Source: an uncultured Phycisphaerales bacterium (GTDB taxonomy: Bacteria; Planctomycetota; Phycisphaerae; Tepidisphaerales; Tepidisphaeraceae). Taken from it: a stretch of 64,000 bases of DNA. Numbering within the stretch: position 1 is the first letter of the stretch; each line of letters begins with the position of its first letter. The stretch covers positions 320,001 through 384,000 of the forward strand of contig CAWJPJ010000006.1 in NCBI GenBank assembly GCA_963844715.1, in the 5' to 3' direction. Both the position numbers and the translations under genes were made by a program. Shown here in pieces: positions 1 through 9,488 of this stretch. The notes beneath the pieces were generated by a model. That model ran no database searches. It saw only the letters and a list, made by a program, of their open reading frames with translations, and was not told the DNA's origin.

Positions 1-32
1 AAGCTCGTAGTCTAACCGCGAAAAAGGGGGGA

Positions 33-287
33 ATAGTTGCCGGTTGCCAGTTGCGAGTTGCCAGGAAGAGGTTTAACCGCCAAGGGCGCCGAGGACGCCA
101 AGAGAGGAAGTTGAACCACGGATTTCGCGGATGGGCACGGATGAAAGGCAAAATTCTTTGCGGGCTGTGCGGTAAGACGTCCGTTCGACGAATCACAAAG
201 CATTTCTCACCGCAGAGAACGCGGAGAACGCGAAATTGAAAGCTGGTTTTGATCCGCATCCGTGCTATCCGTGAAATCCGTGGTTAA
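33..287. repeat. Composite intergenic repeat: heptamer (AGTTGCC/AGTTGCG) run + CGCCAAG 9-mer module + CACGGAT module + inverted CACGGAT module
   Basis: Same module order and alignable sequence recur at 53149-53367. Confidence 0.85.
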
Positions 288-313
288 AAATTTTGTGCGG
301 TACAATGGCGGCC

Positions 314-892
314 ATGCGACTGGCTCGGCGGGTGATGGTTTGGGGATTCGCGTTCATTTCGCTGTTGCTCTTCATCGCGACGGTGGCGGTTTGGATTCGG
401 AGCTATTGGACTTCTGATTTTGTGTCGGCCACGCGCTTTCGGAGTTGGGAAGCTCAAGCGAGTGGCGGAGAGTTTATGTTTACGACTCGTTTGAAGTACC
501 CTAGTAACCTGACCCGGAACCTTGTGTGGCCGTACCCGAGTCCTGTGGGACCGCCGCAGGCTGAATTGCCGAGCTGGAGGTTCGTACATTATGCGTTTCC
601 GGCCAATAGCGTGCTTTTGGGCGGCGGGCCTTCAGGTTTTGGGTTGTCGACGCAAATCAAACTGCCCTTAGGCATCTACGGTGTTCCCAGGCCGAGGACT
701 TTCGAATACAAGGTAATGCAATTACTGGTGCCCGCATGGAGCATCGCCGTGCTCACTTTCATTGCTCCCGTGTGGTGGATATTCCGGTGGAGTCGCCGGG
801 GGTTTGGGCCCGGATTGTGTGCGAATTGCGGGTATGACTTGCGGGCTACGCCGGAGAGGTGTCCGGAATGTGGGAAAGAGGTTGGAGATTAG
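314..892 (+). CDS. Membrane protein with C-terminal zinc ribbon
   Basis: Two hydrophobic helices, C-terminal CANCGYDLRATPERCPECG; TACAAT 7 nt before ATG314 (track ORF opens at 293). Confidence 0.75.
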   Translation: MRLARRVMVWGFAFISLLLFIATVAVWIRSYWTSDFVSATRFRSWEAQASGGEFMFTTRLKYPSNLTRNLVWPYPSPVGPPQAELPSWRFVHYAFPANSVLLGGGPSGFGLSTQIKLPLGIYGVPRPRTFEYKVMQLLVPAWSIAVLTFIAPVWWIFRWSRRGFGPGLCANCGYDLRATPERCPECGKEVGD

Positions 893-1010
893 TTGCCAGT
901 TGTTAGTCGCCAGTTGCCAGTAACAAAACAAATTAGCCCATCCGCGCTATCCGTGATATCCGCGGTTGAAACGCCTTACTGTTAACTCGCAACTCGCGAC
1001 TGGCAACTAT
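890..1010. repeat. Inverted heptamer repeats enclosing an inverted CACGGAT-type module
   Basis: agttgccagttgttagtcgccagttgccag ... actcgcaactcgcgactggcaact, between convergent genes. Confidence 0.8.
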
Positions 1011-1778
1011 TTACGGCTTGAGAATGACCAGTGTGTTGGCGATGAAATCATGGAGGGCTTGTTTCTTTTCGGTCCAGCCGGCCATCATGAAGCCTATGCA
1101 GAGCGTGAGCATCGAGAGAATCTTGGCAAAAAATCTGCCGGTGGCGGTGCCGAAGCCGATGCGCTGGCCGTTGCCGTCCGTGACGCGGATTCCCAGGGCG
1201 AGTTTTCCGAGGGTGGCCTGAAGACTCGAACTCTCCATGAGCGAAAAATAGAGCCAGAGGATAATCCAGGTGAGGAGAGTGCCGATGAGCCCGGTGCCTG
1301 TGTAGGCGGCCAATGCGTTGGGAGATTGCGCGAAGCTAAAACTGGCGGCACCGGTGGCGAATTGAATCGGAAGGAGCACCACGTCGAGGGCGATGGCGTC
1401 AATGAGATAAGCCGCGACGCGGCGCCAGAAGCCGGCGTAGAGGTTCGCGCCATATTGCATGGGTGATTGGTACGGGAGCATGCCGGGGATATAGGGCATG
1501 GGCTGGGGCAAGGGCATAGGGGTGGAAAGGTTGCCGGGGTATTGCGGAGCGGGCGCGGCGGGATAGTTCTGGGGCGTTGGAAATTGCGGCGACGGGCCGG
1601 AGAAGAATTGTTCGAGGATGGCCAGGTCCCCTGCCGGCATCCATTGGTTCATGCCGGGGCGCCAGACGCGATCGGCACGCGTGAGAGTGCCCTTCTGGAT
1701 CAATTCCTGCAGGGCCTCGGGGGTGACTGGGCCGAATTGCTCGTTTCCCAACGCGTAATGCCAATCCGCATCAGCCAT
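1011..1778 (-). CDS. RDD-family membrane protein with N-terminal GYF_2 (DUF4339) domain
   Basis: WHYALGNEQFGP...VWRPGMNQW, Pro-rich linker, YAGFWRRVAAYLID...QATLGK...KQALHD; GGAG SD. Confidence 0.9.
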   Translation of the reverse strand: MADADWHYALGNEQFGPVTPEALQELIQKGTLTRADRVWRPGMNQWMPAGDLAILEQFFSGPSPQFPTPQNYPAAPAPQYPGNLSTPMPLPQPMPYIPGMLPYQSPMQYGANLYAGFWRRVAAYLIDAIALDVVLLPIQFATGAASFSFAQSPNALAAYTGTGLIGTLLTWIILWLYFSLMESSSLQATLGKLALGIRVTDGNGQRIGFGTATGRFFAKILSMLTLCIGFMMAGWTEKKQALHDFIANTLVILKP

Positions 1779-1802
1779 GGTTGCTCCGGTGAGAATAATT
1801 GT

Positions 1803-2276
1803 AACCACGGATTTCGCGGATTACACGGATGAGGAGGAAGTTGCGACTTGCGAGTTGGCGGGGGGAGATTCAACCGCCAAGGGCCCGCCACGGCGGGTAA
1901 ACTGGCCGAGGACGCCAAGGAAAGGCAATGCAATTCGTTGTTTGCCACGGATGAAAATCAGATGGACACGGATGGGGAGAAATCCGGGAGCCAGTTGTTA
2001 TTTGCGAGTTGGCGGTGGGAGATTAAACCGCCAAGAACGCCGAGACGCCAAGGAAAGGCAATGCAATTCGGTTTTTGCCACGGATGAAAATCAGATGGAC
2101 ACGGATGGGAGAGCAGTTGCCAGGAAAAGAGATTTAACCGCCGAGACGCCCGCCGCGGCGGGTAAACTCCGGAGGCCGAGATAAATTCCGCGAAGTGTTT
2201 TTGGGGTTAAATTCAAGAATTGATTTTCGGCGGTTTGGTCTTGGCGTGCTTGGCGGCTTGGCGGTTCAATCTCTTC
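1803..2276. repeat. Long modular repeat cluster with an internal ~130-bp direct duplication
   Basis: gacgccaaggaaaggcaatgcaattcg...gccacggatgaaaatcagatggacacggatggg occurs twice; closes with inverted cttggcg modules. Confidence 0.85.
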
Positions 2277-2282
2277 GCGGTC

Positions 2283-3410
2283 TCAGGTGGATAGGGCGAT
2301 GGCGGCGAGGGCGCCGCCGAAGCCTGTGGCTGTGGCTATGCTGGTTTGGATGGGGCGGGTTTGTGGTTCGCGATTTATTGTGAGGCGGGTTTGGAGGGGT
2401 TGGGTTGTGTTGACGTTGCCGGGGATGACGCCAGTGCGGTGAGCCAGGCAATTGAGGACGACGGAGACGAGACCGGCGGCGCCGAGGCTATGACCCAGGG
2501 CGGCTTTATGGGAATAGAGGATTGGAGTTGCTGCGGTGAGATCCTTTGGGTGTTCGGCCAGAACCCCCACCCCGTCCTGCGGAAACCGGCGGAGGACAGG
2601 GAGAGGGGGAAAAAGGACGGATTCGAGGGCGGCGAGTTCGACGGGGTCGTGTTGGATTGTTCCAGTTGCGTGGGCGTGGACTAGGTCTACCGGCCGATGG
2701 TCGATGACGCGGGTGAGGATTTTGCGGAGGGCTTGGCCGGTGGGGTCGCCGGCGGTGAGGTGGGAGGCGTCGCCGGCCATGGCGAAGCGCTCGAGGCGGG
2801 CGAGGGGGCGGCCGTCGGGCTGGAGGCAGATGGCGGCGGCGGACTCGCTCATGAGGAAGCCGCGGCGGGTTACGTCGAATGGGCGGCAGCCGTGGCCTAC
2901 CGGGGGGAGGACGCCAAGGCGGGCGAAGCTTCCGATGAATAGAGGATGGACGGAGGCCTCGGCGGCGACGACGAGGGCACGATCGAACTCCCCCGCCGCT
3001 ATTCCCATGGCGGCGCGGATGAGGGCGTGTAGGCCGGTGGCGCAGGCGGCGGAGAGAGTGATCGAGGGGCCGGCGCGGAGGCCGATTTCCTGGGCGACGG
3101 AGGCGGCGATTTGTGCGACGCCGGAGGGGTGGAGGCGGCCGCCGAGCCAATCTTCGATGGGGCCTTTGCTGGTGGCGACGATTAGGGCGGTGCGGTCATC
3201 GCTTAAGATGTCGCGGGACCAGCCTGCGGAGCTGACGGCTTGATCGGCGGCGGCGCGGGCGATTTGGGCGCAGCGGTTGGGGCCGGTGATGTTGGGGATT
3301 TTGCTGTGGTCGGAGATGGCTTTGCCGGCCAGGAGGCTTTGCCAGGTTTGGTCGGGGGAATCGCCCAGGGGGGTGAGGAGACCCAGGCCGGTGATGAGGC
3401 AATGGCTCAT
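2283..3410 (-). CDS. Beta-ketoacyl-ACP synthase-like protein (FabF family)
   Basis: SAACATG (Cys), CRPFD, HAHATGT, KAALGHSLGAAG, GFGG motifs. Confidence 0.88.
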   Translation of the reverse strand: MSHCLITGLGLLTPLGDSPDQTWQSLLAGKAISDHSKIPNITGPNRCAQIARAAADQAVSSAGWSRDILSDDRTALIVATSKGPIEDWLGGRLHPSGVAQIAASVAQEIGLRAGPSITLSAACATGLHALIRAAMGIAAGEFDRALVVAAEASVHPLFIGSFARLGVLPPVGHGCRPFDVTRRGFLMSESAAAICLQPDGRPLARLERFAMAGDASHLTAGDPTGQALRKILTRVIDHRPVDLVHAHATGTIQHDPVELAALESVLFPPLPVLRRFPQDGVGVLAEHPKDLTAATPILYSHKAALGHSLGAAGLVSVVLNCLAHRTGVIPGNVNTTQPLQTRLTINREPQTRPIQTSIATATGFGGALAAIALST

Positions 3411-3517
3411 TGGGCGAGCATATTAACCTGACGTTTGAACGGCGCGCTGCGCACGCCCGCTAAATAGTTGGAAACGGGGGCGAGAGGCGCTTGGAATCGA
3501 ACTGATAGAATGGTCGC

Positions 3518-4219
3518 ATGTTTACGGCGTGCGCGGACCTTTACGACTTGATTTACTCCTCTAAGGATTACGCGGGGGAGGCCGCCAAGATTCGGGCGAT
3601 CATTTCGCGGCATGCCCCAAGGGCGAAAAGCGTTCTCGACGTCGGGTGCGGGACAGGAGAGCATGCGAAATATCTGGCACCCCCCTTCCGCGTCGATGGA
3701 TTGGATGCGAATGCGCGATTTATTGAGTTGGCCAGGGAGAAAGTTCCGGCGGGGGATTTTCGGGTTGGCGATATGCGCGATTTCCATATGGGCCGGCGCT
3801 ACGATGTCGTGCAATGTTTGTTCAGTTCGATCGGGTATCTGCTGTCGGGCGAGGAAATCGTCTCGGCTTTGAATTGCTTCAAAGATCATCTGGCGCCGGG
3901 CGGGATTGTTCTGGTGGAGCCTTGGATTTCGCCGGAGAAGTTCGTTCCGGGTCGGATTGGGTTGGAGACGGTGGACAAGCCGGATCTGAAGATTTGCCGG
4001 ATGGGACTGTCGTCGCGCGATGGAGATTTGTCGACGCTTCATTTTCACTATCTGATCGGGGATACGAACGGGATTCGGCACATGGAGGAAACGCACAAGT
4101 TTTTGCTGGTCTCGACGGAGCAGATGCGAGGGTACTTCCGAACGGCGGGGATGGATTGTGAATTTGACTGTGAGGGCCTGGACGGGCGCGGGCTGTTCAT
4201 CGGGCGGGTTGCGGATTAG
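3518..4219 (+). CDS. Class I SAM-dependent methyltransferase
   Basis: VLDVGCGTG, GDMRDF, CLFSSIGY, LAPGG. Confidence 0.9.
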   Translation: MFTACADLYDLIYSSKDYAGEAAKIRAIISRHAPRAKSVLDVGCGTGEHAKYLAPPFRVDGLDANARFIELAREKVPAGDFRVGDMRDFHMGRRYDVVQCLFSSIGYLLSGEEIVSALNCFKDHLAPGGIVLVEPWISPEKFVPGRIGLETVDKPDLKICRMGLSSRDGDLSTLHFHYLIGDTNGIRHMEETHKFLLVSTEQMRGYFRTAGMDCEFDCEGLDGRGLFIGRVAD

Positions 4220-4473
4220 GAGCTGGCCAGGCCGAGGGGGTTCCACTGGCGTTCGAGGTCGACGATTTCGTAGGTGCGCTGGACTTGTTTGTGGAGCTTG
4301 AAATAGGCGTAGACGGTGTTGCGGGCGATGGGGTGGTCGATGACGTCGTCGATGCTGAGGCCGGTGAAGGCGAGGATTCGGCGCAGGGGCTGGTGGACGA
4401 CGATGTATTCGGTTTTTGCGCCCGATTCGGGGGGCGGGAGGACGCGTTCGATACTCAGGGCGCGATCGGGCAT
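4216..4473 (-). CDS. Hypothetical protein (85 aa)
   Basis: Protein-like composition; TATAAT 8 nt upstream of ATG. Confidence 0.6.
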   Translation of the reverse strand: MPDRALSIERVLPPPESGAKTEYIVVHQPLRRILAFTGLSIDDVIDHPIARNTVYAYFKLHKQVQRTYEIVDLERQWNPLGLASS

Positions 4474-4579
4474 GGTCAGTCATTATAGGTTGGAAACGAT
4501 CAATGTCGCCACGGCGACCCGCTGCGGCGGAATGAATGATGAACTGGAGATAGGGATAATCGGCGGCACTTGGGGGGCT

Positions 4580-5601
4580 CTAGCTTTCGGGGGAATCGGG
4601 CAAACGAGGCTGTGCGGGGGGCTGATGCCCAGTGAGGGAAGCGAGAATCCGCTCGACGTGAACATGGCAGTTTTCCAGGAAGACCGCGAATCGGCTTTGG
4701 GTTCCGGCGGTGGCGGTGCCGGCGACAAAAATACCGGGGATGTTGGTCTCCATGGTGTTGGGATCGTAGCGCGGGGACTGTGAATCGCCGGTGAGTTCGA
4801 CGCCGGCGAGCTTGCAAAGGGTCAGGTCGGCTTCGTAGCCGACGAGGGCGAGCACAAAGTCGACGGGCTGTTCGATTTTGGAGCCGTCGTCTCTTGCGAG
4901 AATGATTTTATCGGGGCGGATTTCGACCGGGCGGGTGTTGAAGTAGACGGGGATGCGGCCGGATTTCATGAAGCCCGAGATTTCGGGCCAAAGCCAATAT
5001 TTGATGCGCTGGGAATCGAATTCGGAGCGGCGGTGGCTCATGCTGACTTTGGCCCGGCCTGGTCGCAACGGAGGGCGGCTTCGACGGCGGAGTTCTTGCC
5101 GCCGACGATGTGGACGCGCTGCCCGAAATAGGTGTGAGGGTCGGCAAAGTAGTGGCTGACGTGGGCAAGATTTTCGCCGGGGATGCCTAGTTTGCGCAGG
5201 CGCGCGGTGCCGCCGATCGCGAGGACGATATTTGAGGCGCGATAATGGGTTTCGCCGGCGCGGGGATGGGTGGTCAATTCGAAGCCGGTGTCGAGGCGCT
5301 TGATTCCGGTGACCGGTTCATAGGCGTGAATCTTCAAATCGAATTGGGTGGCGACGAAGCGCAGATAGGCGAGATATTGTTCTCGCGTGGCTTTGCTTTG
5401 ATCAACGGTGACGAGGGGTACGCCGGCGATGGCGATGCGTTCGTTGGAGCTGAAAAAATGGGTTTCGGGGGCGAACCAGGAGATGGTGTAGCCGATTTGC
5501 TTGGCGTCGAAATGGAGATAATCGATGCCGGCTCTTTTTAGGGCGACGGCGAATTCGAGCCCGATCGGTCCTGCTCCGACGATGGCGACTTTTGCGTCCA
5601 T
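4580..5601 (-). CDS. FAD/NAD(P)-dependent disulfide oxidoreductase, YpdA-like (frameshift ~5055)
   Basis: [47 protein letters not shown]; one G missing from a G run. Confidence 0.85.
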
Positions 5602-5614
5602 GGATGAAGATGAT

Positions 5615-5726
5615 TAAACCGCCAAGCCGCGGAGAACGCCAAGATAAAGACGCCAAGGAACTATTTGTAGTCTGCCGGCATTAATTGGCGGTATTGCCTT
5701 GGCGTCCTTGGCGTCTTGGCGGTTAA
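5615..5726. repeat. Inverted CGCCAAG 9-mer module pair
   Basis: aaccgccaag...gacgccaagg / ccttggcgtccttggcgtcttggcggtt. Confidence 0.85.
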
Positions 5727-5727
5727 T

Positions 5728-7130
5728 TCACGACTTGAGTTTTTTGATGCGGGCCTGGACGTCTCGGTAGGCGAAGTCCCACTGGGCGACTTTGCTGTAG
5801 TGGGCGAGGGCTTCGTTGCGCATCTCCTTTTGTTCCAGCGCTCTTGCTCGCCAGTAATACATTTCCTTGGACTTTTCGTCGCCGGTGAGTTGATAGTCGC
5901 GGATGAGGCCGGCGAGGGTGTCGTCGGCCTCGTCTAGAAAGCCGGCTTCGAGAAAGGCGCGGGCGACCCACAAACCGGCGTCGGTGCGGTATTTGGGATC
6001 GTTGCGGGCATGCTGAAAGATGGGGATGGCGTCCTGGAAACGGCCGAGGTTGAACAGCCGCTTGCCCACATCGTACTTAAAGCGCATCTCGGTGGGATAA
6101 GCCTCGGAGGATAGCTCGTATTCCTTGAGTTCAAACTCATTCTGCTCGCGTTTGAAATCGGCGTAGTCTTTTTTCGCCTGCTCGTCGCCGGGGGCGGCTT
6201 CGATCGCCTTGCGGAACTGCATTTCCTGGCGGCGCAGTTGTTTGATGTTGATCTGGCCGATGCGCATGCGGTAGCGGAACTGCTTGGTTTTTTCGAAGAG
6301 TTTTTGCAGGATTTCGATGGCGCGGTTCTCGTAGTCCAACTGATCGGTTTTGTCGAGCGCATCGACGAGCTTCATCGCCTTGGCGGGGTCGTCGGGCTGA
6401 GAGTTAAACTCCTCCTCGGCGTTGGCGATGATCGACGCCATGCCCTCGGCGTCCACGTAGTCCTTTTCCATCGCAAGCAGGCGATCCTGTTTGTTTTTGT
6501 CCCGGACCGAATCACGGAAGCTGCCGCCTTTGTCGTAGCCGGCGCGATCGATCGTTTCCTTGGCGCCGAGGTTTTTGACTTGCGTCGAGAGCTCCATGTC
6601 CATCGGGCGCATGTTGAGGGCGTTCTGCGCGGCGTCGGCGGCGAGCTTCCATCGGTCCAGGTTCATGTACATGTCACGAAGACCGAGAAATTTATTGATG
6701 TCCGGCTTTTTATCGTCGAGATTGCGCGCTGAAAGATCGGGCCGATCCAGAGGACGGAGTCGTAGTAGCCCGCCTTGTAGGCGGCCTGCATGAATGAGTT
6801 CATGTAGTCGGTATTGCCCGGCTCGTAGGCCAGGAGTTTCTCGGCGTTGAGCATGTTGAGCTTGTCGTCTTTTCCGCCGCGCTTGAGTTTCATGGCTTCG
6901 AGCATGCCGAGGGATTTACCCCCGGTGGCTTTGCGCTTGAGGGAAATATCGCGGAGTTCCTGATGGCCCTCGGCGTCGTCCGGGTCGAGGTTCAGGCCCT
7001 GAAGAAACATCTCGATGGCGTACTCGAGCTGCCCGGTCGCGGCCAGCTTCTTGCCATGTCCAAAAAAGGCCTTGGCTTTGGCGCGATCCTCTTCGGGAAC
7101 CGGTGTATATCCTTCAGGGAAATCAGTCAC
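5728..7130 (-). CDS. Tetratricopeptide-repeat protein (frameshift ~6730)
   Basis: Two ORFs with continuous helical TPR motifs (YAIEMFLQGLNLDP; YYWRARALE; DFAYRDV). Confidence 0.8.
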
Positions 7131-7269
7131 GTGTCATATCCTTAGCGCGGACGAGCGGAGAGTCTTCCCCGCCCTGGCGCGATCGAGCGGCCCAACGCAT
7201 CGTTTCGCGGCAATCTAACGCCCATAGGTTGAACCTGTCAACCGAATGATTAGTCTTTATCTCATCGGT

Positions 7270-7881
7270 ATGTACGAAGAACTCAAGATCATTCTATACC
7301 CGGACCGGCGGCTGAAGCGCGTCAGCAAACCGGTCGAAAAATTCGATGAGAAACTGGGCACTTTGGCCCTGCGAATGTTCGAATTGATGCGCGCGTCCAA
7401 GGGGGTGGGGCTGGCCGCGCCGCAGGTGGCGCAGAATATCCGCCTCTTCATCGTCAATCATACGGGAAAACCCGAGGACGACAGGATCTACGTTAATCCC
7501 GAATTATTCGACGCGGAATTGGAGGATACAGCCGAGGAGGGATGCCTGAGCATTCCCGAACTGCACGCCCAGATTACGCGCGCCAAGAACGTGCGGATTC
7601 GGGCCCAGGACCTGTCGGGGAATTATTTCGAACAGACGGAGTCCGGGTATTTGCCGCGGATCTGGCAGCACGAATTGGATCATCTCAACGGCGTCTTGCT
7701 GACGGACCGGATGGGGCCATCGGCGCGGATGGAGCATCGAAAATTGCTGAAGGATTTGGAAGACAAGTACGCGGCGGAGCATGCAGCGAAGAAGAAAAGT
7801 AAAGCGCAAATGAGGTTCCGTGCCTGGAGGACGTGGCTTCAGATGGCCTCCTTGAAGGGGGCGTGGAAACTTTTTAACTGA
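7270..7881 (+). CDS. def: Peptide deformylase
   Basis: GVGLAAPQV, EEGCLS, QHELDHLNG. Confidence 0.95.
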   Translation: MYEELKIILYPDRRLKRVSKPVEKFDEKLGTLALRMFELMRASKGVGLAAPQVAQNIRLFIVNHTGKPEDDRIYVNPELFDAELEDTAEEGCLSIPELHAQITRAKNVRIRAQDLSGNYFEQTESGYLPRIWQHELDHLNGVLLTDRMGPSARMEHRKLLKDLEDKYAAEHAAKKKSKAQMRFRAWRTWLQMASLKGAWKLFN

Positions 7882-7911
7882 TTGAATGTTTTGTGGTGGC
7901 GGCCCGTTTAT

Positions 7912-8030
7912 CCCCTCCCCCTGGGTAATGCGGGGAAAGGGATGGGGTGACGGGTGGTTTTCGACGATCGGAAATCGCCCCTCACCCTTGCCCATCCTGC
8001 GGAAACTAACGGAGGCATGGGGAGAGGGGA
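7912..8030. repeat. REP-like palindromic pair (cccctcacc...ggggagagggg family)
   Basis: Two hairpins; the second has the cctgcggaaac..cggagg core also seen at 2562-2610 and 45791-45834. Confidence 0.7.
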
Positions 8031-8104
8031 AAACGTTCTGAAATGTCCGAGCGACATAGGGTCGCATGGTCATTGGCCGTGGTCTCATTCAGTAATATCT
8101 AAAC

Positions 8105-9061
8105 ATGCGAATCATATTCATCGGCAGCGGGGAATTCGGATTGCCGACGTTGGCGGCGTTAATGGGGGCGGGGCACGAAATCGTGACGGTTTACACGCAG
8201 CCGGATCGGCCGGCGGGACGCGGGAGGAAAGTCACGCCCACTGCCATCGCTGAATTTGCCCAGAATCAATCCCTGCAGTGCATCGCGACTGAGAATTTAA
8301 ATGCGGAAAAGTTGCCGGAATGCGATCTGATGGTGGTGATCGCGTTCGGGCAGAAGATCTCCCCCGCCGCCGCGGCTCATGCGAGAATGGGAAGTGTGAA
8401 TCTGCACGCGTCGCAATTGCCGAAATTGCGCGGGGCCGCGCCGGTGAATTGGGCCATTATTAACGGGGAAAGGGTCACGGGGAATTCGATTATTCGGTTG
8501 GCGCAAAAGATGGATGCGGGGGCTGTTTTGGGGCAGTCATCGGTGGAAATCGGACCGTTGGAAACGGCGGGCGAGCTGCATGATCTGCTTGCCGCGGACG
8601 GGGCGGGCTTAATGTTGCGAGTTATCGGCGATTTGCAGGCGGGGCGCGCTGTGGAAACGCCGCAGGATGAATCCGCCGCGACGAGCGCGCCGAAACTGAC
8701 GCGGAATCTGGCCCAGATCGACTGGTCGGACGACGCGGAGCGGATTTCGAGCAGAATCCGGGGGTTATTCCCATGGCCTGGATGCCGGGCGAAATTGGGG
8801 GACGCGGCGGGTGCCGAGGTTGCGCGGGTGACTTTGGTTCGCGCCCGCCCCACCGCCGGCGAAGGTCCGCGATGGAAACCTGGGGAAATTATGACGACCG
8901 GAGCGATTGCCGCGGGAGATGGCTCTGGTGGCGTGGAATTGCTCGAAATTCAGCCTGCGGGGAAGCGACCCATGCCGCTGGCTGATTATCAGCGCGGGAA
9001 TATGTGGATGCCGGGGATGCGGCTGCTGCCGATCGACGAAAAATCTGAAACGCACATCTAA
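8105..9061 (+). CDS. fmt: Methionyl-tRNA formyltransferase
   Basis: VYTQPDRPAGRG, NLHASQLPKLRGAAP, MDAG; follows def. Confidence 0.95.
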   Translation: MRIIFIGSGEFGLPTLAALMGAGHEIVTVYTQPDRPAGRGRKVTPTAIAEFAQNQSLQCIATENLNAEKLPECDLMVVIAFGQKISPAAAAHARMGSVNLHASQLPKLRGAAPVNWAIINGERVTGNSIIRLAQKMDAGAVLGQSSVEIGPLETAGELHDLLAADGAGLMLRVIGDLQAGRAVETPQDESAATSAPKLTRNLAQIDWSDDAERISSRIRGLFPWPGCRAKLGDAAGAEVARVTLVRARPTAGEGPRWKPGEIMTTGAIAAGDGSGGVELLEIQPAGKRPMPLADYQRGNMWMPGMRLLPIDEKSETHI

Positions 9062-9109
9062 TCCAGTCGTCTTTGCGCACCGATGCAATTGAAGTCAGGG
9101 AAGTGGAAC

Positions 9110-9151
9110 GCCCCCCACCCTTGCCCTCCCCCAGAGTACCGGGAGAGGGGA
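9110..9151. repeat. REP-like hairpin
   Basis: ccccccacccttgccctcccccagagtaccgggagagggg. Confidence 0.6.
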
Positions 9152-9219
9152 ACAGAGGTGGAAATGCCTTCGGGAGTGCGGAGAGCGTTGAGAGCACACT
9201 GAAAGCAGTTGGGAATTCG

Positions 9220-9417
9220 ATGACCTACTTCATGATATTCAGTTGCGTCCTGTGCGCTTGGGCAATTCTGGGGATTATTGCGGGTGAACGGATACGCGGT
9301 CTGGCGGAAGTGCGGAAATTGCACGTGCTGGCACATCAGCCTGTCCCTCCGGGCCCCGTTCACCCGCAAAATCACCCCGAAAACCAAGCTTCGGACTCCC
9401 CCACCACATTAAATTGA
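9220..9417 (+). CDS. Small membrane protein (65 aa)
   Basis: N-terminal hydrophobic helix MTYFMIFSCVLCAWAILGIIAG, then a charged tail. Confidence 0.5.
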   Translation: MTYFMIFSCVLCAWAILGIIAGERIRGLAEVRKLHVLAHQPVPPGPVHPQNHPENQASDSPTTLN

Positions 9418-9488
9418 CTTCCGGCGACATCGGACGATACCTTATTGACGGCGGTTTTCAGTACCGTCGTCAATTCAGGCGTCTGTCC

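Noticed and set aside
12..239. Short ORFs over repeat clusters (also 1777-2184, 12155-12415, 53078-53290)
   Set aside because: Translations of the repeat modules, with no independent coding evidence
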